DNA of 64,000 nucleotides from PVC group bacterium (lineage in GTDB: Bacteria; Auribacterota; Erginobacteria; Erginobacterales; Erginobacteraceae). The stretch is from assembly GCA_040773245.1 (NCBI GenBank), contig JAXGWO010000004.1, forward strand, positions 4,290-68,289. Direction: 5' to 3'. The position numbers and the translations under genes were made by a program. The stretch's first letter is position 1, and each line of letters opens with the position of its first letter. Below are positions 10,143 through 20,542 of the stretch, piece by piece. The notes under the pieces were generated by a model that did not search any database, was not told the origin of the DNA, and worked only from the letters and a program-made list of their open reading frames with translations.

Positions 10143-10633
10143 AGAAGAAGATCACAACCGCGCGGGAACTGCTTCCGATCCTGGAAAAGCGCCGCCGCTC
10201 GGGGAAGAAGATCGTCTTCACCAACGGCTGCTTCGATATCCTCCACGCCGGCCACGTCCGCTACCTCCGGAAGGCCCGGTCGGCGGGGGACCTGCTGGTG
10301 GTCGGCCTGAACAGCGACCGCTCGGTCCGGGGCCTGAAAGGGGAGGGCCGCCCCCTGGTCAGCCAGGAAGAGCGGGCGGAACTGCTGGCCGCCCTGGAGA
10401 TGGTTGACTACGTGGTTATCTTCGACGAGCCCACCCCCCGGGAGCTGATCAAGACCCTCCGTCCCCGGGTCCTGGTCAAGGGCGGTGACTGGAAACGGGA
10501 GGAGATCGCCGGCGCCGAGGAGGTGGAGGCCGACGGGGGCCGGGTCCTGATCGTCCCCCTGGTCCCCGGCCGTTCCACCAGCGGGCTGATCGGAAAGATC
10601 GTCGAGGGAGCCCGCTCCCGGGTGGAGATATGA
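10139..10633 (+). CDS. rfaE2: D-glycero-beta-D-manno-heptose-1-phosphate adenylyltransferase (RfaE/HldE domain II).
   Basis: Cytidylyltransferase-like [18 protein letters not shown] motif. Overlaps gmhA's stop by 4 bp. Confidence 0.85.
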   Translation: MKKKITTARELLPILEKRRRSGKKIVFTNGCFDILHAGHVRYLRKARSAGDLLVVGLNSDRSVRGLKGEGRPLVSQEERAELLAALEMVDYVVIFDEPTPRELIKTLRPRVLVKGGDWKREEIAGAEEVEADGGRVLIVPLVPGRSTSGLIGKIVEGARSRVEI

Positions 10634-11913
10634 CCGCGGTCACCGAGGCGCGCCGAGGCCAACCCATCCCGGGGGTTGAGCTGGCGGCACAGCGGGAGGG
10701 GGTCCGGGCGGAGAAGATCCTGGAGGGTCTGGCCGAGGGGACGATCGTGGTCCCGGCCAATCGGGGTCGGACGGTGAAGAAGCCCTGCGCGATCGGGAAG
10801 GGACTCCGGGTCAAGGTCAACGCCAACCTCGGCACTTCCTCCCAGGCGGTGGACTTCGACCTGGAGCTGGAGAAGGTCCGGGCCGCCGTGGCGGCCGGTG
10901 CCGACACGGTGATGGACCTCTCCACGGGGGGGGATATCAGCGCCCTGAGGGAACTGGTGCTGGAAGCCTCCCCCGTCCCGGTGGGGACCGTCCCCATCTA
11001 CGAGGCGGCGATCCGGGCCGGGGCCGAGAAGGGTTCCATCGCCAGGATGACCGGCGACGAGATGCTGGCCGCCATCGAGCACCAGGCCCGGCAGGGGGTC
11101 GACTATATGACCGTGCACGCCGGGGTCAACCTCCGGACCCTGGAGGCGCTCCGCCGCTCGCCCCGCCTGCTCGGCCCGGTCAGCCGGGGGGGGGCGTTTC
11201 TTTTGGTCTGGATGGCGGTCAACGGGAGCGAGAACCCGCTCTACGAACGCTTCGACGAGGTTCTGGAGATCACCCGGGAGCACGATGTTACCCTCAGCCT
11301 TGGCGACGGCCTGAGGCCGGGCTGCCTGGCCGACTCCACCGACCGCCCCCAGATCCAGGAACTGATCGTCCTCGGAGAGTTGGCCGAGCGCTGCCGGCAG
11401 GCCGGGGTCCAGGTGATGATCGAGGGCCCGGGGCATATCCCGCTGAACCAGATCGCCGAGAACGTCCGGCTGGAAAAATCCCTCTGCCGGGGGGCTCCTT
11501 TCTACGTCCTCGGTCCGCTGGTCACCGACATCGCCCCCGGTTACGACCATATCACCTGCGCCATCGGCGGAGCCCTGGCCGCCTGGCACGGGGCCGACTT
11601 TCTCTGTTACGTCACCCCGGCCGAGCACCTTGGTCTCCCCTCGCCGGAGGATGTCCGCGAGGGGGTGACGGCGACCCGGATCGCCGCTCACGCCGCCGAC
11701 GTCGCCCGCGGACTTCCCTCTGCCCGGGACCGGGACGACCGGATGTCGCGCTGCCGGAAGGCCCGGGACTGGAAGGGCCAGGTCGCCGCCGCCCTTGACC
11801 CCGAAAAGGCGCTCCGCTACCTGGGTGACCTGGAAGGGAAGGAGGATTACTGCACGATGTGCAGCGAGTACTGCGCGATCAAGATTTTGGAACAGAACTT
11901 TCCGGAGAAATAA
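10630..11913 (+). CDS. thiC: Phosphomethylpyrimidine synthase.
   Basis: 427 aa with a C-terminal CTMCSEYC iron-sulfur motif and a conserved ThiC core. Overlaps rfaE2's stop by 4 bp. Confidence 0.9.
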   Translation: MTAVTEARRGQPIPGVELAAQREGVRAEKILEGLAEGTIVVPANRGRTVKKPCAIGKGLRVKVNANLGTSSQAVDFDLELEKVRAAVAAGADTVMDLSTGGDISALRELVLEASPVPVGTVPIYEAAIRAGAEKGSIARMTGDEMLAAIEHQARQGVDYMTVHAGVNLRTLEALRRSPRLLGPVSRGGAFLLVWMAVNGSENPLYERFDEVLEITREHDVTLSLGDGLRPGCLADSTDRPQIQELIVLGELAERCRQAGVQVMIEGPGHIPLNQIAENVRLEKSLCRGAPFYVLGPLVTDIAPGYDHITCAIGGALAAWHGADFLCYVTPAEHLGLPSPEDVREGVTATRIAAHAADVARGLPSARDRDDRMSRCRKARDWKGQVAAALDPEKALRYLGDLEGKEDYCTMCSEYCAIKILEQNFPEK

Positions 11914-11936
11914 TTCTTATCCGTTCCGGGGTTAAT

Positions 11937-12014
11937 TGCTATCGCTATCGGGATCGCTATCGGGATCGGCGGTTAGGCAGTACTTGGATCCCGATAGCGA
12001 TCCCGATAGCGATT
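11937..12014. repeat. Hexamer-family perfect inverted repeat with a heptamer-type motif in the loop.
   Basis: GCTATCGCTATCGGGATCGCTATCGGGATC ... GATCCCGATAGCGATCCCGATAGCGAT, with the loop containing TAGGCAGTA. Confidence 0.8.
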
Positions 12015-12031
12015 TAAATAAGGAGAATGAG

Positions 12032-12931
12032 ATGCCAGTCTTAGTCGTCGGCTCGGTCGCTTTCGATACCGTCACCACCCCCTTCGGCAAGCGGGAGAAG
12101 ATCCTCGGGGGGTCGGCCACCTACTTCTCTTATTCCTGCAGTTTCTTCGCCCCGGTCTGCCTGGTGGCGGTGGTCGGCGAGGATTTCCCGGTTGATTACC
12201 GGCGGTTGCTGGAAGGAAAGGGGGTCAACCTGGAAGGACTCCAGATCGTCCCGGGCAAGACCTTCCACTGGGGAGGCTCCTACCGCTACGATATGAACGA
12301 GGCCGAGACCGAGTTCACCGACCTCAATGTCTTTGAGAATTTCCATCCCCGCCTCCCCCGGTGCTGCCGGGACTGCGAGTACGTGCTCCTGGCCAACATC
12401 GACCCCGATCTCCAGCTCGAGGTTCTGGGGCAGGTGAAGAGACCCCGGCTGGTGGTCGGGGACACGATGAATCTCTGGATCAAACTGAAGCAAGACCGGC
12501 TGCGGGAGGTATTCGGCCGGCTGGATATCCTGATCCTCAACGACGCCGAGGCCCGGCAGTTCACCGGCCGGGTTGCCTTGAAGAGCGCCGCCGCGCAGCT
12601 CCTCGAGCTCGGGCCCCGGGCGGTAGTGATCAAGAAGGGGGAACACGGGGCCCTGCTCTTTTGCCGCGACGGAATGTTCTTCGCCCCTGGATTGCCCCTG
12701 GAGAAGGTGGTCGATCCCACCGGGGCGGGGGACAGTTTCGCCGGCGGTTTTATGGGTTGCCTGGCGAAAACCGGGGAGACGGATTTTCCCGCCTTGAAGA
12801 AAGCGATGATTTACGGTAGCGTGATGGCGTCCTTCAACGTCGAGGATTTCAGCCTGGAACGCTTGAAAAGAGTCAGCCCCGGTGATATAAAGGAACGCTA
12901 TCGCCAGTTTCAAGCACTGGTGGATTTCTGA
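12032..12931 (+). CDS. PfkB/ribokinase-family carbohydrate kinase.
   Basis: DPTGAGDSFAGGF PfkB signature near the C-terminus. The track ORF starts inside the repeat array at 11936; the true start is likely the ATG at 12032 (MPVLVVG). Confidence 0.75.
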   Translation: MPVLVVGSVAFDTVTTPFGKREKILGGSATYFSYSCSFFAPVCLVAVVGEDFPVDYRRLLEGKGVNLEGLQIVPGKTFHWGGSYRYDMNEAETEFTDLNVFENFHPRLPRCCRDCEYVLLANIDPDLQLEVLGQVKRPRLVVGDTMNLWIKLKQDRLREVFGRLDILILNDAEARQFTGRVALKSAAAQLLELGPRAVVIKKGEHGALLFCRDGMFFAPGLPLEKVVDPTGAGDSFAGGFMGCLAKTGETDFPALKKAMIYGSVMASFNVEDFSLERLKRVSPGDIKERYRQFQALVDF

Positions 12932-12938
12932 CTGTCGC

Positions 12939-13010
12939 GCGGGTGTAGCTCAATGGCAGAGCTCCAGCTTCCCAAGCTGGCTACGAGGGTTCGATTCCCT
13001 TCACCCGCTT
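12939..13010 (+). tRNA. tRNA-Gly (anticodon CCC).
   Basis: Cloverleaf folded by hand. Acceptor GCGGGTG/CACCCGC, D-stem GCTC/GAGC, anticodon stem CCAGC/GCTGG with loop TTCCCAA, T-arm GGTTCGATTCC. Confidence 0.8.
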
Positions 13011-13084
13011 ATAAATTCGCTCGTTCCGCTCGCGTCTTGATGGGGCGCGGGCTTCGTCCGTGTTTTGGACTCGGCGAAACCTGA

Positions 13085-13114
13085 ATCGCTGTCGGTATCG
13101 GGATCGGTATCGAA
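13085..13114. repeat. Hexamer-family repeat fragment.
   Basis: CGCTGTCGGTATCGGGATCGGTATCGAAG downstream of tRNA-Gly. Confidence 0.55.
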
Positions 13115-13167
13115 GCCCAGCCGGGGGCGATGACCGGAAAGCCCCCGGCCGGGAGACCGGGGCAAAG

Positions 13168-13698
13168 ATGACGGGGAAAAAACTCTTATGGGCCCCCTGG
13201 CGGATGGGGTATATTAACGGGGAGAAGGAAGACGGCTGCCTCTTCTGCCGGAAGGCCGCAGGGTTGGACGATGTCGCGGATCACGTGGTGGCCCGCGGAC
13301 AGAGGAGTTTTGTCCTCCTCAACCTCTTTCCGTACAACAGCGGCCACCTGATGGTCGCTCCCTACCGGCACACCGGGGATCTGGAGGGTCTCTCCCCGGA
13401 GGAGGCCGCCGATCTGATGGCCCTGGTCGGAAGGTCGGTCGGAGTGCTGAAGCGGTGCCTGCATCCGGAGGGCTTCAATGTCGGGTTCAACCTCGGCCGG
13501 GCCGCCGGGGCCGGGATTGCCGATCACATCCATCTGCATATCGTCCCCCGCTGGTCGGGGGACACGAACTTTATGCCGGTTATCTCCGACACCCGGGTGG
13601 TGCCCCAGGCCCTGGCCGAGACCGGCCGGCTGCTGCGGGAAGCCTTTGCCGAAGAGGAATCAGGTGATCAGCGGGCAAAAGACAAACCGGAAGAATAG
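13168..13698 (+). CDS. HIT-family nucleotide hydrolase/transferase.
   Basis: Histidine triad HIHLHIVPRW. The track ORF begins in the repeat at 13060; the likely start is the ATG at 13168. Confidence 0.75.
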   Translation: MTGKKLLWAPWRMGYINGEKEDGCLFCRKAAGLDDVADHVVARGQRSFVLLNLFPYNSGHLMVAPYRHTGDLEGLSPEEAADLMALVGRSVGVLKRCLHPEGFNVGFNLGRAAGAGIADHIHLHIVPRWSGDTNFMPVISDTRVVPQALAETGRLLREAFAEEESGDQRAKDKPEE

Positions 13699-13720
13699 AT
13701 CTGCCGGGAGGAGAAATGAT

Positions 13721-14287
13721 ATGAGCCGAAAGAGTATTCCCTTTGGAGCCCATCCGGCCGTCCGGGCGGCGGCCGCGGCCGTTGCCTTCGGGCTGCTGCT
13801 GCTGCCCGTCGTCGGAATGGCCGCCGAGGAAAACCCGGAGCCGATCGCCCGGACCCGGGCCATCGGCGAGGGGGGGGACGTGGATGACTTCCTCCTCGAT
13901 GTCGTCCCCGAGTGGCCGGGCTGGAGCCGCCGCTGGTGGACGGACAAGGAACTGTGGGGGAACCAGGGGTATATCATCGGCGGCCCCCGGGCCCGACTGC
14001 GGGAGGAAGGCCTGGTGGAAGCCGGCTTGAGCGAGGATCTTGACGCCCTGCTCGAGTTCCCGCCGGCGCCCGAGCCCCCCCTGGAGAAGGTCGACCTCGA
14101 TCTCGCCGCCCGGAAACCCGCCACCCACCGGGTGGTCAAGGGCGAGTGTCTCTGGTACATCGCCGGGTACGACCATATCTACGGCAACCCCCTTCAGTGG
14201 CCGATCATCTACAAGGCCAATACCGACCGGATCAAGCACCCGGACCTGATCTACCCGGGCCAGGTCTTTATCATCCCCCGCGACTGA
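13721..14287 (+). CDS. Secreted LysM-domain protein.
   Basis: N-terminal signal peptide and a C-terminal LysM domain (VKGECLWYIAGY...LIYPGQVFIIP). It is the in-frame later start of track ORF 13478-14287. Confidence 0.7.
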   Translation: MSRKSIPFGAHPAVRAAAAAVAFGLLLLPVVGMAAEENPEPIARTRAIGEGGDVDDFLLDVVPEWPGWSRRWWTDKELWGNQGYIIGGPRARLREEGLVEAGLSEDLDALLEFPPAPEPPLEKVDLDLAARKPATHRVVKGECLWYIAGYDHIYGNPLQWPIIYKANTDRIKHPDLIYPGQVFIIPRD

Positions 14288-14394
14288 ATCCGCCCCGGCC
14301 GGGGGACGGTGCCGGTTACTCCTCCCGGGCTTTTTCCGGCGGCGGGGAGGGCAAGCCGGGAGAACCGGACCGGCCGCGGCGCCCGTAATTTCAC

Positions 14395-15354
14395 GTGAAG
14401 GCCACCCTGAATCTCCCGTCACCGGAAATGGTCCGGGACCTCTTCGCCCGGGAAGAGAAGAATCTCCGCCTCCTCGAGGAATCCTTCCGGGTCCAGATGG
14501 CGGCCCGGGACAACTTTGTCCGGATCTCCGGCCCCGAGGCCGCCGTGCGGGAGACCGAGAAGCTGCTGCGCGACCTCGCCCGGATCCTGGAGACCGGCGA
14601 GGCGATCACCGACTCGGAGTTCCGGCGGCTGGTCCGGATCTACTCGGGCGGCGGCGGGGCGTCGATCGACGATCTCTACGGGGACAAGATCGAGGTGGAC
14701 TCCCGCCAGGGTTTTGTCCGCCCCCGGACGGTCAACCAGAAGAAGTATGTCGAGGCGATCCGCCGCCACGACCTGACCTTTGCCATCGGCCCGGCCGGGA
14801 CCGGGAAGACCTACCTGGCGATGGCCCTGGCGGTCTCGGCCCTCCTCCAGGGACAGGTCAAGCGGCTGATCCTGACCCGCCCCGCCCTGGAGGCCGGCGA
14901 GAAACTGGGTTTTCTGCCCGGGGACCTCTATCAGAAGATCACCCCTTACCTTCGCCCCCTTTACGACGCCCTCTACGATATGATGGACGGGGAGAGGATC
15001 CGCAAATACGAGGAGGAGGGGGTGATCGAGGTGGCGCCGCTGGCCTTTATGCGGGGCCGGACCCTCAACCACGCCTTCATTATCCTTGACGAGGCCCAGA
15101 ACACCACCCCGGAACAGATGAAGATGTTCCTGACCCGGCTGGGCTTCAATTCCCGGGCGGTGATCACCGGCGACGTCACCCAGGTCGATCTGCCACCCCG
15201 CCAGGTCTCGGGCCTGAAATCGGCCCGTTCGGTATTGAAGGGGATCCCCGAGATTCCCTTCATCCACCTGACCCGGGAAGACGTGATCCGCCACCCCCTG
15301 GTCCAGAAGATCGTCCGGGCCTATGAACGGGAGGAGAAGACGGACGGTCTATGA
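14395..15354 (+). CDS. phoH: PhoH-family ATPase.
   Basis: Walker A GPAGTGKTYLAMA, PhoH core, GTG start. Confidence 0.9.
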   Translation: MKATLNLPSPEMVRDLFAREEKNLRLLEESFRVQMAARDNFVRISGPEAAVRETEKLLRDLARILETGEAITDSEFRRLVRIYSGGGGASIDDLYGDKIEVDSRQGFVRPRTVNQKKYVEAIRRHDLTFAIGPAGTGKTYLAMALAVSALLQGQVKRLILTRPALEAGEKLGFLPGDLYQKITPYLRPLYDALYDMMDGERIRKYEEEGVIEVAPLAFMRGRTLNHAFIILDEAQNTTPEQMKMFLTRLGFNSRAVITGDVTQVDLPPRQVSGLKSARSVLKGIPEIPFIHLTREDVIRHPLVQKIVRAYEREEKTDGL

Positions 15355-17594
15355 TCGGGGCGGCGTCCAGCAAACGATTATTTTCCGGGAAGAAGAGCCG
15401 GAAGAAGAGGAGGAAACGGGGAAGGATCCCGGGGATCCTGGAAGAGGGGTCGTTCGGGCGCTGGTCCCTGGGGGTTGCCGTCTTCGCGGCCAGCGTCCTG
15501 GTCATATCCTGGCGGGGGGTGCCGATCCGGATCCCCACCGTGGGGAGGATATCCGAGCGGGACGTTATCGCCACCTGTGACTTCGCTTTTCCCGACCGGG
15601 CCCGGACCGAGGGGGAGAGAGAGGCGGCGGTCAACCGCCAGCCGGTCGCCTACCGGGTGGACGGTTCCATCCCCGCGGAGAAGATCGCCCGGCTGGAAGA
15701 TCTGCTCCGCCGGTTCTCCCCTCCCGGGCCGCCTCCCCGGGCCGCGGTCCCCGGGGTTGTTTTTTCCCATCCCTCCCGGGTTCTCGCCCGTCTCGGCTCC
15801 GCTTGCTCGCCGCCCGACCTGGCCGAGCAAGCGGTGGTGATCCTGGCCGAAGCCTACCACAAGGGGATCTTGGCCTCGGACGTCAAGAACACCCTGCTCA
15901 ACACCCGCCAGGAGAATATTCTGGTCGGCGACCGGTCGGCGGGAACCGAGGTCCGGTCCCGGATCGCCGATCATCCCGACGAGGGAGCCGCCCGCCGGCG
16001 GGCGGCCGCCGCCCTCCAGGATGTCTTCCCGGCGTCCGGGCCTTTTGCCGGGGAGATAGTCTCCCTGCTGATTGGGCCGAACCTGGTCTTCGATCCGGAG
16101 AAGACCGCCGAACTGCGCGACGCCGCCCGGCGCTCGGTTCCGACGGTGATGACCGATGTCTTCCGGGGCGATAAGATCATCCGGCAGGGAGAGGAGGTGC
16201 GCCCCCTCCACATCCAGAAACTCCGGGCTTACCTGGATGAATTCTACCGGATCCAGCCGCCGATCTCCTTCCTCCGATACACCCTGGGGATCGCCCTCCT
16301 GCTCATCCTGCTCTATCTGGTGACGGCCAGCTTTCTCCACCGGTATCACCGGGCGGTTCTGCGGAGCAATTCCCGTCTGCTGCTGATCTCCACCATAGTT
16401 ATCCTGGTCCTGGTCTTCTCCCGGGGGCTCCGCCAGGCGGCCTGGGTCCTTCCCCCCGGCCTGATGGAAGCCGTCCGCTTCCTCTCGCCGGCGGCCTTCG
16501 GGGCCATTCTGCTCGCCCTGCTGATCGGGGTGCGGCTGGCCCTGTTCTTCACGGTCATCCTCTCCTTCCAGGCCGCCCTGATCCAGGGGGGCGGCGAGGC
16601 TTATCTCCTGGTGGGGATAATCGGGGGGATGACCGCGGTTCTGGGCCTCCGGTTCGCCCGCCGCCGCCGGGATCTGTTCCGGGCCGGAGCGCTCTCGGCC
16701 GGGGCCGGGATCCTGGCCATCGCCGCCCTCGGCCTGGCCGAACAGGCGCCGCCGGGCCTGATCGCCGCCCAGACCCTGGGGGCGGGCGGGGCCGGCATCC
16801 TCTCCGCGCTGGTCGCCCTGGTCGCCCTGGGTCTCTTCGAACCGCTCTTCCGGATCTCCTCCAACATCGGCCTGCTGGAACTCTCCGATCTCAATCACCC
16901 CCTGCTCCGGACCCTGATGGTCCTGGCCCCGGGGACCTACCACCACTCCCTGATGGTGGCCAACCTGGCCGAAGGGGCGGCCGAAGCCGCCGGGGGCAAC
17001 CCCCTCCTGGCCCGGGTCAGTTCCTACTTCCACGACATCGGCAAGACGGTGAAGCCGGAGTACTTCTCGGAGAACGAGGCCCCCGGGGCCAGCCGGCACG
17101 ACGATCTCAGCCCCAGCCTGTCCAGCCTGATCCTGATCGCCCACGTCAAGGAAGGGGCGGCCCTGGCCCGCCGGCACAAGCTCGACCGCCGGATCGTGGC
17201 GATCATCGAGCAGCATCACGGGACCGGGCTGATCTCCTATTTTTACGACCGGGCCGAGCGCGCTCTCCAGCTGAACTTCAAGCTGCTGGAAAAGGAATTC
17301 CGTTACCCCGGGCCCAAGCCCCGCGACCGGGAAGCGGCGATCGTGATGCTGGCCGACGCCGCGGAGGCGGCCTCGGTCGCCCTCGAGCGCCGGACCCCGG
17401 CCCGCCTGAGGGCCCTGGTCAGGGAGATCATCCAGCAGCGCTTCACCGACGGCCAGCTCGACGAGTGCGATTTGACGATGACCCACCTGAAGAAGATCGA
17501 GGAGGCCTTCGTCCGGATCCTCTCCGCCCGCTACCACACCCGGGTCAAGTACCCCGAGGCGAACGGGAAGAAAAGCAAGTCCCGCCAGCGATAA
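15351..17594 (+). CDS. 7TM receptor with intracellular HD hydrolase domain (YqfF-like, 7TMR-HD).
   Basis: Extracellular N-domain, 7 TM helices and an HD domain with the FHDIGK motif. Conserved position between phoH and ybeY. Confidence 0.85.
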   Translation: MIGAASSKRLFSGKKSRKKRRKRGRIPGILEEGSFGRWSLGVAVFAASVLVISWRGVPIRIPTVGRISERDVIATCDFAFPDRARTEGEREAAVNRQPVAYRVDGSIPAEKIARLEDLLRRFSPPGPPPRAAVPGVVFSHPSRVLARLGSACSPPDLAEQAVVILAEAYHKGILASDVKNTLLNTRQENILVGDRSAGTEVRSRIADHPDEGAARRRAAAALQDVFPASGPFAGEIVSLLIGPNLVFDPEKTAELRDAARRSVPTVMTDVFRGDKIIRQGEEVRPLHIQKLRAYLDEFYRIQPPISFLRYTLGIALLLILLYLVTASFLHRYHRAVLRSNSRLLLISTIVILVLVFSRGLRQAAWVLPPGLMEAVRFLSPAAFGAILLALLIGVRLALFFTVILSFQAALIQGGGEAYLLVGIIGGMTAVLGLRFARRRRDLFRAGALSAGAGILAIAALGLAEQAPPGLIAAQTLGAGGAGILSALVALVALGLFEPLFRISSNIGLLELSDLNHPLLRTLMVLAPGTYHHSLMVANLAEGAAEAAGGNPLLARVSSYFHDIGKTVKPEYFSENEAPGASRHDDLSPSLSSLILIAHVKEGAALARRHKLDRRIVAIIEQHHGTGLISYFYDRAERALQLNFKLLEKEFRYPGPKPRDREAAIVMLADAAEAASVALERRTPARLRALVREIIQQRFTDGQLDECDLTMTHLKKIEEAFVRILSARYHTRVKYPEANGKKSKSRQR

Positions 17595-17604
17595 CCGATC
17601 CAAT

Positions 17605-18051
17605 ATGACCGCGATAATCCGTATCAACGACCGCCAGCGGCGGCTGGCTCTCGACCCGGGGCGGGTCGCGGGTCTGGCCCGGTGGGTCCTGGAGCGGGAA
17701 GAGTGCCGGGGAGGGGAGCTGAGCCTTCTCTTCACCAATAACCGGCGGATCCGGGAACTCAACCGGCGATACCTGGGCCGCGACCGCCCGACCGATGTTC
17801 TCGCCTTCCCCCAGGACGGACCCGGCGGCCTGCTGGGCGACGTGGCGGTCTCCACCGAGCGGGTGATCTCGCAGTCCGGGCGGTTCTCCCAGTCCCCGGA
17901 AGGCGAGCTGGCCCTCTGCCTGATCCACGGCATCCTCCATCTTCTTGGCTGGAGAGATGACCCGGAGACCGCCCGGGAAGAGATGCGGCGGCGGGAAGAA
18001 AAACTGATCAAGTCCTGGAAGAGGAGGAAACGATGGTCCCTCACAAAGTGA
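17605..18051 (+). CDS. ybeY: rRNA maturation endoribonuclease YbeY.
   Basis: HGILHLLGWRDD metal-binding motif, 148 aa. Confidence 0.9.
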   Translation: MTAIIRINDRQRRLALDPGRVAGLARWVLEREECRGGELSLLFTNNRRIRELNRRYLGRDRPTDVLAFPQDGPGGLLGDVAVSTERVISQSGRFSQSPEGELALCLIHGILHLLGWRDDPETAREEMRRREEKLIKSWKRRKRWSLTK

Positions 18052-18752
18052 TCGACAGCTTCAACGCCGCGGTCGCCGGGATCGTTCACGTCCTGAAGAC
18101 CCAGCGGAATATGCGGTTCCATTTCCTGGCCGCGGTCGGGGTCCTGATCGCCAGTGTCATCCTGGGGATGGCCTTCGAGGATCTGCTCTTCCTCCTCTCC
18201 GCCATCGTCCTCGTCCTCCTGGCGGAGATGTTCAACACCGCGATCGAGATGGCGGTCGACCTGGCCCAGGACGGCTACCACCCGCTGGCCAAGGCCGCCA
18301 AGGATGTCGGCGCGGGGGCGGTCTTCCTGGTCTCGCTCTACGCCGTTGCCGTCGGTTACCTGGTCTTCTTCACCCGGGGCTACCTGGTTCGGCCGCTGGA
18401 GATCTCCCTGGGGGCGATCCGGAGCTCCCAGTGGGACGTTGCCTTCATCACCCTGGCCGTGGTCTCGATCCTGACCATCATCGTCAAGGTGGTCTCCCGC
18501 CGGGGCACCCCCTTCCGGGGCGGTCTGCCCAGCCTCCACGCCGCCCTGGCCTTCTCCGTCTTCACCCTGTCCGCCCTGCTTCCCGGGACGCCGCTGCTGG
18601 TCGCGGTCCTGGTCTTCGCCCTCGCCTTCCTGGTCTCCCAGTCCCGGATCGCCAGCCGGATCCACACCTTCGCCGAGGTCGTCTCCGGGGCGGCCTGGGG
18701 GTCGGCCCTGACCTTCCTCATCTACAAGCTGATCATCGGCCCTGCCCCCTGA
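18033..18752 (+). CDS. dgkA: Diacylglycerol/undecaprenol kinase DgkA fused to a PAP2-like phosphatase domain.
   Basis: N-terminal half aligns with DgkA (EMFNTAIEMAVD). C-terminal half carries PAP2-like PSLH and SRxxxxxH motifs. Confidence 0.7.
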   Translation: MVPHKVIDSFNAAVAGIVHVLKTQRNMRFHFLAAVGVLIASVILGMAFEDLLFLLSAIVLVLLAEMFNTAIEMAVDLAQDGYHPLAKAAKDVGAGAVFLVSLYAVAVGYLVFFTRGYLVRPLEISLGAIRSSQWDVAFITLAVVSILTIIVKVVSRRGTPFRGGLPSLHAALAFSVFTLSALLPGTPLLVAVLVFALAFLVSQSRIASRIHTFAEVVSGAAWGSALTFLIYKLIIGPAP

Positions 18753-18886
18753 ACCCCTCGCCGGCGGTTTCCCGGTGGAAGCAAATTCCCGTTGGGTAAT
18801 ATTTTCCCCTGCCTTACAATCCCCGGGATAACGGGTTTCACGTCACCGCTGTCAACAGAGCCGGAAGCGGCCGGACGGATGGGGAG

Positions 18887-19636
18887 ATGCCACCGACTAA
18901 AACCAGGGGAATCGTGGTCAGGAGCCGGGACTTCAGCGAGACCAGCCGGCTGGTCAACTTTCTCACCCCGGACTCCGGGCTGGTCCGGACCTTGGCCAAG
19001 GGGGCGCGGCGGCCGTCCAGCGGGCTGAGGGGGAAGCTGGAGGCCCTGAATTACGGCCACCTGGTCTATTATCCCAGCCGCTCGAGCGATCTCCACGTGC
19101 TGGCCCAGTTCGACCTGATCGAGCATTTCCCGGTCTCCGTCTCCACCCTGGAACGGTCGGCGTTCTTTCACTACCTGGCGGAACTCGTCGCGGCGGCCGC
19201 CTTCGGCCCGGAGCTTTCCGGGGGACTCTTCCAGCTTATCCTCCACACCCTCCGCCGGGCGGACCGGCTTGGATCCCTGCCCCAGGCCCGGATCTGGTTC
19301 GAGATCCGCTTCCTCCACCTGCTCGGGGTCCTCCCCCCGCTGGCCTACTGCGCCGCCTGCGGCCGCCCGATGGAGGGAGCGGTGAGGTTCTCCCCGGAGG
19401 AGTCGCGCTGGCTCTGCCCGGACTGCGCCGCCGGCCGCCCGACGGTCGCGGTCGAGCCCGGGGTGATCGCCGCCGTCCGCTACATCCAGGACAACCGCCT
19501 GGAGCGGGCGTTGAACCTCCGGCTCTCCCCCCGCCAGCTGGGGACCATCCGGGGCCTGTTGAGATCTCTCGTTGACAGTTCGGTGGGCAAACAGTTAAAG
19601 TCCCGCCGGTTTCTGGATCAGGTCGTCCGTACCTGA
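18887..19636 (+). CDS. recO: DNA repair protein RecO.
   Basis: RecO N-terminal OB fold and C-terminal zinc finger CAACG...CPDC. Confidence 0.85.
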   Translation: MPPTKTRGIVVRSRDFSETSRLVNFLTPDSGLVRTLAKGARRPSSGLRGKLEALNYGHLVYYPSRSSDLHVLAQFDLIEHFPVSVSTLERSAFFHYLAELVAAAAFGPELSGGLFQLILHTLRRADRLGSLPQARIWFEIRFLHLLGVLPPLAYCAACGRPMEGAVRFSPEESRWLCPDCAAGRPTVAVEPGVIAAVRYIQDNRLERALNLRLSPRQLGTIRGLLRSLVDSSVGKQLKSRRFLDQVVRT

Positions 19637-19678
19637 AGCACCCGGCCGGAAAACTCCCTGAACAGTCAGGTCCCGATA

Positions 19679-20542
19679 ATGGATTTTCAAACCCTGATCC
19701 TCACCCTCGAAGAATACTGGAAGAAGATGGGCTGCCTCCTGGTCCAGCCTTACGATCTCGAAGTCGGGGCGGGGACCTTCGCCCCCGCCACCTTCTTCTC
19801 GGTGCTGGGGCCCGCCGCCGCCCGCACGGCCTACGTTCAGCCGGCCCGCCGCCCGGCCGACGGGCGTTACGGGGAGAACCCCAACCGGCTCTACCAGCAT
19901 CACCAGTATCAGGTGATCCTCAAGCCCGCCCCGGAGGATGTCCAGGAGGTTTATCTGGAGAGTATGCGGGCCCTGGGGATCGACCCGAAGCTCCACGACC
20001 TGAGATTCGTCGAGGACGACTGGGAGTCGCCCACCCTGGGAGCCTCCGGATTGGGTTGGGAGGTCTGGTGCGACGGCCTGGAGGTGACCCAGTTCACCTA
20101 CTTCCAGCAGATGGGCGGGTTCGAACTCGACCCGGTCCCGGTCGAACTGACCTACGGGCTGGAGAGGATCGCGATGTTCCTCCAGGGGGTGGAGAACGTC
20201 TTCGACCTGGAGTGGGCCCCCGGCGTCAGTTACGGCCGGATGCGCAAGCGCCAGGAGTACGAGTTCTCCCGCTACAGCTTCGAGGAAGTCCCGGCGGCAA
20301 GCTATCCGGAACTCTTCCGACGGTTCGAGGAGGAGGGAGCCGCCCTGCAGAAGGCCGGCCTGGTCTTCCCGGCCTACGACTTCGTGCTCAAGTGTTCCCA
20401 CGTCTTCAACCTGCTCGACGCCCGGGGGGCGGTCAGCGTCAGCGAGCGGGCGAATTACATCGCCCGGGTCCGCCGGCTGGCCCGGGGCTGCGCGGCGCTC
20501 TACCTCGGGGGGACCGCCCCGGAAGCGGGAACTGATGGCTGA
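19679..20542 (+). CDS. glyQ: Glycine--tRNA ligase alpha subunit.
   Basis: [14 protein letters not shown]...GAGTF highly conserved GlyQ sequence. Confidence 0.95.
   Translation: MDFQTLILTLEEYWKKMGCLLVQPYDLEVGAGTFAPATFFSVLGPAAARTAYVQPARRPADGRYGENPNRLYQHHQYQVILKPAPEDVQEVYLESMRALGIDPKLHDLRFVEDDWESPTLGASGLGWEVWCDGLEVTQFTYFQQMGGFELDPVPVELTYGLERIAMFLQGVENVFDLEWAPGVSYGRMRKRQEYEFSRYSFEEVPAASYPELFRRFEEEGAALQKAGLVFPAYDFVLKCSHVFNLLDARGAVSVSERANYIARVRRLARGCAALYLGGTAPEAGTDG

Noticed and set aside
10500-10640. TPP riboswitch upstream of thiC.
   Set aside because: thiC overlaps the preceding gene and no conserved TPP-element sequence was found by eye. This is reported as an observation, not a feature.
13478-14287. 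Long form of the LysM protein, starting inside the HIT gene.
   Set aside because: The upstream part overlaps HIT in another frame. The signal peptide begins at the internal ATG at 13721.
15378-18665. 1095-aa minus-strand ORF antisense to the 7TM-HD, ybeY and dgkA genes.
   Set aside because: Extremely Arg/Gly/Pro/Asp-rich low-complexity translation, typical of antisense frames in high-GC DNA. The sense-strand genes have clear homology.
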